Virus record (IMG/VR): IMGVR_UViG_3300044512_000254
Location: 1 to 31,485 of that record
Source of the DNA: a virus
Lineage: Duplodnaviria > Caudoviricetes
Length of the DNA: 31,485 bases
Reading direction: 5' to 3' (one strand)
The notes beneath the pieces were generated by a model. The model ran no database searches. It saw only the letters and a list, made by a program, of their open reading frames with translations, and was not told the origin of the DNA. The position numbers were made by a program, and so were the translations under genes. This document shows positions 15,031 through 22,952 of this stretch, piece by piece; the first letter of the stretch is position 1; each line of letters opens with the position of its first letter.

Positions 15031-16007
15031 GCTTATTAGACACAAGAGATTACTACAAACCATTCGATAACCCTTGGATGTTTGACTACTATGTTTTACA
15101 AAACCAAATGCACTGGATGCCGGAGTCAGTACCTTTACATACCGATGTAAAAGATTGGCAAGAGTTAGATTCAAAAGAAAAGAATTTACTGACACAAATC
15201 TTTAGATTGTTTACTCAATCTGATGTAGATGTTGGTGCAGGTTACGTTGATAGATACATGCGTATCTTTAGAAAGCCTGAAGCTAGAATGATGATGGGGT
15301 CGTTTGCCAACATGGAGTCTATCCATCAACATGCATACAGTTTGTTATTAGATACAGTTGGTATGCCTGAGATAGAGTACAAAGCTTTTTCAGAGTACGA
15401 ACAGATGGCTGATAAACACGAGTACGTACATAACATTAAGACCATTAAGAAAGATAAGAAGAGTATTGCAAAAACTTTAGCAGTCTATTCAGCTTTTACA
15501 GAAGGACTACAGTTGTTTAGTAGCTTTGCAATCTTGTTAAACTTTCCAAGGTTTGGTAAGATGAAAGGTATGGGACAAATAGTTACCTACTCTATACGTG
15601 ATGAGTCTATGCACGTTGAAGCTATGACTAAGTTGTTCAGAGAATTTATACAAGAGAACTTAGATATTTGGACAGATGATTTTAAAGCAGAACTCTATGA
15701 GATTTGTAGACAAATGGTAACACTAGAAGACAAGTTCTTAGACTTAGTGTTTGATATGGGAGACCTTGAAGGTCTTACCAAGAAAGATATGTATGCTTAC
15801 AATAGATACATAGCTGATAGAAGATTGTTACAGCTTGGTCTTAAAACAAACTATGACCAACGTGAGAATCCTCTTGGTTGGTTGGATGAAGTGATGGGTG
15901 TTGAACATCAGAACTTCTTTGAAGGTCGTGCTACTTCTTACATGAAAGCAGGACTACGTGGTAGACAGGATAAGATAAGTTTTGCAAGGATTGGTGATGA
16001 GAACTAA
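15027..16007 (+). CDS. nrdB: ribonucleotide reductase class I beta subunit
   Basis: HWMPESV, FTQSD, ESIHQHAYS (with the radical Tyr), EGLQLFSSF, RDESMH, NFFE. Confidence 0.96.
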   Translation: MSLLDTRDYYKPFDNPWMFDYYVLQNQMHWMPESVPLHTDVKDWQELDSKEKNLLTQIFRLFTQSDVDVGAGYVDRYMRIFRKPEARMMMGSFANMESIHQHAYSLLLDTVGMPEIEYKAFSEYEQMADKHEYVHNIKTIKKDKKSIAKTLAVYSAFTEGLQLFSSFAILLNFPRFGKMKGMGQIVTYSIRDESMHVEAMTKLFREFIQENLDIWTDDFKAELYEICRQMVTLEDKFLDLVFDMGDLEGLTKKDMYAYNRYIADRRLLQLGLKTNYDQRENPLGWLDEVMGVEHQNFFEGRATSYMKAGLRGRQDKISFARIGDEN

Positions 16008-16224
16008 ACGTACAGAAGCTAGGCTTTTAGCATATGAATTGTTTTATGACAGAACAGGTAAGCTAGTTACAGAAAGAAGTAAATCAGACATCACAGCCTT
16101 GAAAGATTATTTAAGTAAAGAAGAATTTAATACTTTAACAATTGTTTTAAGAGAAGCTACAGCTAAGTTAGATAAGATTCACAATGAGATTGAAGCTCAT
16201 TTGAATGCAAGATTATTAAGTTAA
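15997..16224 (+). CDS. hypothetical protein, last gene of the + arm
   Basis: ORF 15982..16224. ATG 15997 follows AAGGA. Confidence 0.7.
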   Translation: MRTKRTEARLLAYELFYDRTGKLVTERSKSDITALKDYLSKEEFNTLTIVLREATAKLDKIHNEIEAHLNARLLS

Positions 16225-16296
16225 ATACGATAACGTCAATAAACTTAATATAATTATTGGTAGAAAAAAATTTTGATTAAGAGACCTTCTAGTCAT
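16216..16296 (-). CDS. putative 26-aa single-TM peptide downstream of the holin
   Basis: MTRRSLNQNFFLPIIILSLLTLSYLT. Starts 2 nt after the holin stop and fills the convergence gap. Confidence 0.4.
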   Translation of the reverse strand: MTRRSLNQNFFLPIIILSLLTLSYLT

Positions 16297-16298
16297 TG

Positions 16299-16688
16299 TT
16301 AATCTCTGTTTACGCCTTTGCTTTTTTCAAAGCTACGCATACCACCTAGACCTAACATTCCTAAAAGAATCGTTAGTAAAGCGTTCATGTCAAACTCAGG
16401 AAGTGGTATCGTTTCTCCTGAGATAGCAAATAAAAAAACTATAATTGGTTGTAAGATAAAGTGATAGCCCAGTGCGAATGTACACATCCATGCACATGCA
16501 GGTCTCCATCCAGCCACAAAGATTGACTTGTGGGCTGCTTCTACTTTATTAATTTCTAACTGAGCTACGTTAGCCCTGTGAAGTTCTAACTCTAGCTCGT
16601 GGTTTAGTTTTGTTTTTAAGTCTTTATCAGATACAAACTTATCAAGAATGTCTGCTAAAGGACCTGTTAATACATCTAATACTTTCAT
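16299..16688 (-). CDS. holin (3TM / GTA-holin-like family)
   Basis: EAAHKSIFVAGWRP..W motif, two clear TM segments, LGMLGLGGMRSFEK.KG C-terminus. Confidence 0.8.
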   Translation of the reverse strand: MKVLDVLTGPLADILDKFVSDKDLKTKLNHELELELHRANVAQLEINKVEAAHKSIFVAGWRPACAWMCTFALGYHFILQPIIVFLFAISGETIPLPEFDMNALLTILLGMLGLGGMRSFEKSKGVNRD

Positions 16689-16921
16689 GGTTCTATGGTT
16701 AAAGTTGATTCAAGCAAATCGTTTACAGAGTCTATTAAATACTCAGGTATGTCAGCACCTAGTATATTATCTTCACTGTATGCAATCATATAAGACTCAA
16801 GCAAGTCTTCATACAAAGGTCTAAAGTCTTCACGTTGAACCCAAGGCTCGTTACATTTAGCACGAGCTTTACAGTCTATTCTATAAGCTTTGTCTAATTG
16901 TTTCTCTGTGTATAGTAGCAT
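16685..16921 (-). CDS. hypothetical protein in the lysis cassette
   Basis: ORF 16685..16936. ATG 16921 is likely (MLLYTEKQL...). Confidence 0.7.
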   Translation of the reverse strand: MLLYTEKQLDKAYRIDCKARAKCNEPWVQREDFRPLYEDLLESYMIAYSEDNILGADIPEYLIDSVNDLLESTLTIEP

Positions 16922-16923
16922 AA

Positions 16924-17289
16924 TTAGTACGACCAAATCCGGGGTCTGGGGCGAGATTCATCCATATCCAAATGAATAAAACGAGAGCCAACAGGACCTT
17001 TTTGTGCAATTCCAATTCTAATAATACCATGTTTGTATGCTACTTCTACTAACTTATGTGCTTGTTCCATACTGACAAGTATGTCTAAAGCTTTACCTGA
17101 AGCATGAGCACCGGGTTTAGATTTAGCAGCTTCTATAGGATGAGTAGGGTGTCGATACGCACTACTAACTCTAAAAGGAAATCCACATTCTTCTCGGATG
17201 TCTTCAATTACTTTCATAAATGCAATATCCATACCATTCTCACCTGTATGTTTACAAGCTAACTCTGAGTCTTTGAAGTACTTATACAT
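16924..17289 (-). CDS. peptidase M15 family endolysin
   Basis: YF..SELACK, SSAYR, H.SGKALDI and FIHLD Zn-binding motifs; adjacent to the holin. Confidence 0.85.
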   Translation of the reverse strand: MYKYFKDSELACKHTGENGMDIAFMKVIEDIREECGFPFRVSSAYRHPTHPIEAAKSKPGAHASGKALDILVSMEQAHKLVEVAYKHGIIRIGIAQKGPVGSRFIHLDMDESRPRPRIWSY

Positions 17290-20200
17290 TATGTTATTAA
17301 GTCATACTCTGTTTTTGTTACACCTGTGGGCTGTCCAAGAATCCCTTCTCCATATGTTTCAATATACTCACCAAAGTCTTCTTCCAGTATTTTATTAATT
17401 TCTTTTATTCTTTTTTCTACTTTTTTATATTCTGGGGTTTTTGCTTCTTCTGGGATTATTCTATTTTTTGCACTGTTTATCTGTACTTCAATCCCTTGGT
17501 TTTCTAGCTTAGTAAGAATTTTACGACCTAGGTTGTTTTCTATTGCCCATAAACCATCTTCACCTTGCTTTGCTTCTGTACCAAAAAACTCATCTAATAA
17601 CTCTTGACGTTTTATTTTATCTTGGTCAGATAATTTAGCAAGTCTATTTGCTACCATTGTTTCTCGAATTTGAGTCAGTCTATCAAATTCTGTTATTAAT
17701 TCTCCTAATTCAGAATCTTTAGTGGACTCTTCTCTATTTAAAACAGCCTCTAAAGTTGGTTCTTTCTTAGTTGTTCGATTCCCAAACTCATCAAAGTTCC
17801 AGTTAGCTTGTTCAGCAGGAGTCATTAGTTCTTTATCAGACACCGTATCTGCCATAGCTTTATATAGTTTATCATCGGCAGCCCAAAACATTTCGTTGTC
17901 GGGATTTTCTTTAATAGCATTTCTTATTAATCTAGCTATTTCAAGTTCAGGCATTCCTGTTTGTTTTAATTTTTTAGTAATATTTGTAGAAGCTCTGTTA
18001 ATTGAATCTTCTAATTCTTTACCTGTTTTCGGACCACCCATAATATCAATTAACCTTTCTGCTTCAGCTTCAACTTGAAGTACAGCTTCTGTTACTTTAT
18101 CATATTCTTGTTCGTCAATGCTTTTTGTTTTCATCCCAATATCAGTAACTTTAGTAGCTTGAGCCTCATATGGTTTTATATCTTCCATCATTAAATTTAA
18201 TTCATTATCTGTTACTGTTTCTAATTGGTCTCTTAATCTTGCAGCTTCAGGAACATCATTATAAAACTTTTTCATAACAGGATCGTTTTGAAGTTGTTCT
18301 GTGATTTTAGAATACTCTTCAATTGACACGTCTTTATTTCTTACAGACTTTTCAACAAGTTCGTTATACGCTTCTTGGGTGGCTTCATCTTGTTTAGACC
18401 ACCATACAGACACAAGTTTATTAATTCTTTCATTAATTTCCTCATTCTTTTTATCAAGATCAAACATAACTTTCTCGAGATCACCTTCTTTAGAAACTCG
18501 TTCAGTCATGAAAAGTTTTTTAATGTTAGGTATTAAGTAAGTATCGCCTTGTTTAATACTATCAAATCCTGCTTTCTCTAAGATATTAAATAGTTGTGTA
18601 TTAAAGAATGAAGTTGCAATCTTTCTATCAGTCATGTCTACTACTTCTTCATCAGCAAACTTTTGTTTAACTCTATCAAAGTCTTTAAACAATCCTTCTA
18701 AATCACTATCAAACTTTCCATACTCATGTGATCTTGATTTAACTTTATCAAGGAATAACATTTTTAAGGCTTTATCATTAGCAAGAGTATTAACATTAAT
18801 AGCTTTATTACTACCAGTAATTTCTAAAGGATTCTTAATTGCAACTTTTGCCTTGTATCCTTTTGCTACAGGCTTGGTTGAAACAGGTACACCTGCTGTG
18901 TTCATATCAAAGTACTGATAGGTCATGATATCTTTAACATCATCACCTGTATAGTTTAAGTAAACATCCTTTTGTACTTTAGAGCCTTTAATATTCTTGG
19001 CTACTTCATCTACGTTATTAAGTTTAACTTTACTTTCGTCTGTCCTAATAGAAAATATCTTATCAAGGTTCTTAGTTTGCTCATCGAATATACTATGTAA
19101 CTCTGTATGCTTAGAGCCTTTTAAGTTACTCCTAAAAAACTTTTGCATAAACTTAGAAAATCCTTTACTAGCCACTGAACCAACAACACCACCAACTGCA
19201 AAGCCTAATCTATCTTCATCGTCTTCAACAATAAAACCTGCTAGTTCTTTAAAGGTATAAGGCATACCACGAACTTTAGTGTCTTCTGGTTCTGGCTTAA
19301 CCCCGGGTATGTTAGCATAAACTCTACCACCTCTATCTCTTTTAATTCTTTCAGGTTCTACAATATCAGGTCTAGCAGTAGTAGGTTCTGTTGTTACTTT
19401 TTCAGGAACTAATCCTATAGCTACAAACGCATCTTCTAATACTTGGTAAGTATCTTTATCAAATTCTCTGGCTGCTTGTTGTAAAATCTTAGGTACGTCT
19501 TCACCTTCAGGAATAATACCGGTTCTTAAAATCTGATTAATAACTGGTATTTTTCTAGAGAAGGTTTCTGTTAAGCCTCTATTAAACTGGAACATTTCAA
19601 TTACATCACTAACAGTTGGACCTCCAATAGCTTTAGCAAGCACAGTAGGAACTCCTCGACCACCGTATTGAATATTTTTAGCAACTCTGTTAACTGTATC
19701 AAAAACTCCAGTTACTCCAGTTCTAGACCAAGCATTTAAAAAGATTTCATCTGTAGACTTTTCAAATTCTTTACCTGAACTTCTAAGATTGTTTAAGTAC
19801 ATAGCTGCTGTAGCCATGATTGCAAACGTAGAAAGTAACTTAGCAGGGTTAGTAAGATCACCACGAGCCATGCTTCTAGTACTTCTTTGAATACCTTTCT
19901 TTAATACAGTATTAGAAAAAGCAGAAGGATAACTTAAAAACTGAAACAATAACTTTGCTTGAGGATGTGTGTACATCTTAGGCTTTAGAGCACTAGCAGC
20001 ACTAGGGTTTAAAATAACTTCGTTAGTAAAAGATGTAGCTCCTTCTAGTAGTTGATAATAGAAAGGGTCATAGACTCTACCGTCTGACATTCTTTCATAA
20101 GTACGGGTTCTTTTATTTGCTTTACCATATTTCTTAGAGCCATTTCTATACCACTTAATAGCATCTTCAGGGTTAATACCAAGCTCTACTAATTGTTCTC

Positions 20201-22949
20201 TTAGTCTTAATTCTTTAGAAGCTTTAAGTCCACCCTTAGATAACTCTTCAGCAGCATCTGCTATAATTCTTTTACCTATTACAAAAGATGTACGTTCTAC
20301 ACTGGCTGTCCAGTCTCTAAGCATGTTAAACTTATAGAAGCCATCTTGTAATGTTGTAATCTTAGGACCAACTCCAAAGAATTTAGCATCAGATATACTC
20401 TCACCACTTAAGGATAAAACTCTTTCTCTTCCTGATTGCTCTACAGCAAATCCAAACAGTCTAAACTCTCTGTCAATCTCATCACCAGTTAAGCCAAGTC
20501 CTCTAAGCTCATCTACTTGTTGATTAAACATCAGCTTAGTTTTATTAACCATAGCATCTGTTAATTCTCTAGCAGGTTTACCAACTTCAGAAGCGTATTG
20601 TTTTACATTGGCTCTTGCTAGTGGTAAAGCTAACTCAGTTAAACTAGATACAGTTGCAAGAGGTAGATAGGCTGTTGCATTTATAAGCTGCATATGTGGT
20701 ACAACTTGTTCAGCAATAATACCACTACCATTCAGACCTTTACCTGTGGTATACATATATAGATCATCTAAATATTTTCTATCTTGTTGTGATAATTTTA
20801 AAGGTGTATCTCTTTTAATATTTAAACCTTTATCATCTTTTAACAGATTACCTTTAGAATCTAATTTATACTCTAACTCATCTTTAATTTTATCAGAATA
20901 TCTAGCTCTAAAGTCATCTAAGTTATACCCAAGTCTTTTAGTTCTAGTAATAATAGGTAATGATCTATTAAAGTATCCTTGAAAAGCTCTCATCATATCG
21001 CCTTCAATAATACCATTGTCTATTAAAAACTCATCACTTATCTTATCAAAAGCCCTGCTGTTAAAGTTACCTCTGCCTCCACCACTTTTAACATCATAAG
21101 TCATATCAACGTTAGCTTGATCAATCATGCTTTCATAAATCTCTAAAGCTTTACGATCTTGAATATCTTTTGCAAGTTGTGGGTAGTTTCTTTGTATTTC
21201 TACTATCCTTATCTCTTGCATTTCTTCAGGGAACGAAGAATAAACTTTATGAAAAGGCACTTGCCTAGACCCAGTTCCATCAGCTTCCGGCATTGTAATT
21301 GTAACAGTTCTTTGTAGCTCAGGTCTACGAGCTATCTCATCAACAAAGTCTTGAGCAATAGGTGTGACTTCACCTTTATCAATAAGTTCTTTAATAAAGA
21401 TATCTTTGTTTTCAATAAGACCTTCTCTTAAATAATATCTAGGTACGTGATTCTTAATAAACCTTACGTTTAATCCAGCATCCATAGCATCTCTATAGAT
21501 ATCTGTATCTAAGTTTCTAAGCTTTTGTCCTGCATCTAAAACAACTTTACTGATTGGTGTACTGTCTTTACCATATACCTTTTTACCTTGAAGGACTGCA
21601 GTTAATTGTTCGTTAATGTCAGGGCTTAATCTAAACTCTCTACTAAAAATACTTTCGTCTACTTCAAAAATAGGCTGTAGTATTTCCATAAATTTCTGAC
21701 GGACTGTACCTCTATAAGCTTCAATCTCTGTACTGAAATCTAATCCTTTAACTAACTCAGGAAGGTCTGTATACTTCTGAGCTTCATCTCGTTTTAAAGT
21801 TTGTAGTAATAATTTTGCAGAAGGAGATTGATCAGCTAAGCCACGTAAAGGGGCTGTTTGTCTAGCAAAAGTTAAGAAACCTAGTGTATCTCCAGTAAGA
21901 CGATTTAGTTTTCTAAAGAAATTAAAGTTAGCTTCACTAACATCTTTACGAACAAAGTCTTCGTTCTCGTAGTTATCTATTTTAGCTTTGTAATCGCTTA
22001 ATAATTTTTGTTGATATCTATCTAACCCAATAGCTTTACTACCAGCTTCAGCCATAGGACCTACAATTTTACCTGCAGCAATACCAGCAGTAGTAAAAGC
22101 ACCCGGAGCTAGTGTACCTATAGATGTACCAAGAGGAAGCATAGCTGCTGTCTGTAACGGGTTATAAGCTTCTTTAATATTAGTAGCTATTTGTGTACCT
22201 TGACGTGCTACGTCTCCAAGACCAATGTGTGCTAAACCTTCGTATGCACTAATCATTGAAGCATTTCCAAGTATACGAGCTGCATCGTTGTCAAGATTTA
22301 ACAACTTAGCAAATGTTGTACCAGTATTTCTAAGATTTGTTGGGGTAGGAACTACTGTAGATTTAGCAAAGTTCTTCATGGTTGCTTTAAAACCTTCAGC
22401 AGCAGATTTACGAGCTGCAAAGGAAGCAGCAGTTGCTGTACCTCCTGTAAATAAACCAGCTACAATACCTAAAATATTTGTAGGGTCTGTAACAATATCA
22501 ATTGTAGCATCTTTAACTAGCTCCATTCCTTGTCCAAAGCTACCTAAAGAAGCGTTATCAAATGCTGTTCTTAAATAAGCATATCGTTGTTTATTAATCT
22601 CAGATAAGTTTGTTGCATCTGCCCAACGTTGAAAACCATCAACCAAATTAAAGTCTTCGTCACGCATGTATTCAAAAATATCATCACCTGACTCACCGAT
22701 ATCTCTTAAAAAATCACCAGCTATTTGTTGATATTCTTTATCTTTCTCTAAATCAACTAATGATTTTTTGTAAGTACCGTCACCTAGTTGTTTACTTAAT
22801 TCACCATAAGCTAAACCAACATCAGCTTGTTTTTGTTGTTTAAATTCTGTACCAAAATACCCATCCCAATCTACTTGATTAGATTGAGTAGGGATTGCAG
22901 GCTGATCAGTTAAGGAAGAACTAAACAGGTCTTCAAAATTTATAGACAC
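17289..22949 (-). CDS. very large internal virion/ejection protein (1886 aa)
   Basis: Size, position at the end of the virion module and helical composition; no catalytic motif recognised in the N-terminal part. Confidence 0.7.
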   Translation of the reverse strand: MSINFEDLFSSSLTDQPAIPTQSNQVDWDGYFGTEFKQQKQADVGLAYGELSKQLGDGTYKKSLVDLEKDKEYQQIAGDFLRDIGESGDDIFEYMRDEDFNLVDGFQRWADATNLSEINKQRYAYLRTAFDNASLGSFGQGMELVKDATIDIVTDPTNILGIVAGLFTGGTATAASFAARKSAAEGFKATMKNFAKSTVVPTPTNLRNTGTTFAKLLNLDNDAARILGNASMISAYEGLAHIGLGDVARQGTQIATNIKEAYNPLQTAAMLPLGTSIGTLAPGAFTTAGIAAGKIVGPMAEAGSKAIGLDRYQQKLLSDYKAKIDNYENEDFVRKDVSEANFNFFRKLNRLTGDTLGFLTFARQTAPLRGLADQSPSAKLLLQTLKRDEAQKYTDLPELVKGLDFSTEIEAYRGTVRQKFMEILQPIFEVDESIFSREFRLSPDINEQLTAVLQGKKVYGKDSTPISKVVLDAGQKLRNLDTDIYRDAMDAGLNVRFIKNHVPRYYLREGLIENKDIFIKELIDKGEVTPIAQDFVDEIARRPELQRTVTITMPEADGTGSRQVPFHKVYSSFPEEMQEIRIVEIQRNYPQLAKDIQDRKALEIYESMIDQANVDMTYDVKSGGGRGNFNSRAFDKISDEFLIDNGIIEGDMMRAFQGYFNRSLPIITRTKRLGYNLDDFRARYSDKIKDELEYKLDSKGNLLKDDKGLNIKRDTPLKLSQQDRKYLDDLYMYTTGKGLNGSGIIAEQVVPHMQLINATAYLPLATVSSLTELALPLARANVKQYASEVGKPARELTDAMVNKTKLMFNQQVDELRGLGLTGDEIDREFRLFGFAVEQSGRERVLSLSGESISDAKFFGVGPKITTLQDGFYKFNMLRDWTASVERTSFVIGKRIIADAAEELSKGGLKASKELRLREQLVELGINPEDAIKWYRNGSKKYGKANKRTRTYERMSDGRVYDPFYYQLLEGATSFTNEVILNPSAASALKPKMYTHPQAKLLFQFLSYPSAFSNTVLKKGIQRSTRSMARGDLTNPAKLLSTFAIMATAAMYLNNLRSSGKEFEKSTDEIFLNAWSRTGVTGVFDTVNRVAKNIQYGGRGVPTVLAKAIGGPTVSDVIEMFQFNRGLTETFSRKIPVINQILRTGIIPEGEDVPKILQQAAREFDKDTYQVLEDAFVAIGLVPEKVTTEPTTARPDIVEPERIKRDRGGRVYANIPGVKPEPEDTKVRGMPYTFKELAGFIVEDDEDRLGFAVGGVVGSVASKGFSKFMQKFFRSNLKGSKHTELHSIFDEQTKNLDKIFSIRTDESKVKLNNVDEVAKNIKGSKVQKDVYLNYTGDDVKDIMTYQYFDMNTAGVPVSTKPVAKGYKAKVAIKNPLEITGSNKAINVNTLANDKALKMLFLDKVKSRSHEYGKFDSDLEGLFKDFDRVKQKFADEEVVDMTDRKIATSFFNTQLFNILEKAGFDSIKQGDTYLIPNIKKLFMTERVSKEGDLEKVMFDLDKKNEEINERINKLVSVWWSKQDEATQEAYNELVEKSVRNKDVSIEEYSKITEQLQNDPVMKKFYNDVPEAARLRDQLETVTDNELNLMMEDIKPYEAQATKVTDIGMKTKSIDEQEYDKVTEAVLQVEAEAERLIDIMGGPKTGKELEDSINRASTNITKKLKQTGMPELEIARLIRNAIKENPDNEMFWAADDKLYKAMADTVSDKELMTPAEQANWNFDEFGNRTTKKEPTLEAVLNREESTKDSELGELITEFDRLTQIRETMVANRLAKLSDQDKIKRQELLDEFFGTEAKQGEDGLWAIENNLGRKILTKLENQGIEVQINSAKNRIIPEEAKTPEYKKVEKRIKEINKILEEDFGEYIETYGEGILGQPTGVTKTEYDLIT

Positions 22950-22952
22950 GTA

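Noticed and set aside
5888-15195. Alternative-frame and antisense ORFs inside + arm genes (e.g. 6500-6796, 6901-7269, 7636-7983, 11272-11616, 12924-13277, 13860-14279)
   Set aside because: They are shadows of well-supported genes, with no SD and no recognisable motifs.
8943-16007. Introns or inteins in pol, nrdA or nrdB
   Set aside because: All three reading frames are continuous and of compact length, with no intein or intron signature.
17289-22949. Giant protein as a virion-encapsidated RNA polymerase
   Set aside because: No DxDGD or single-subunit RNAP catalytic motifs could be recognised by eye; a profile search would be needed to exclude this fully.
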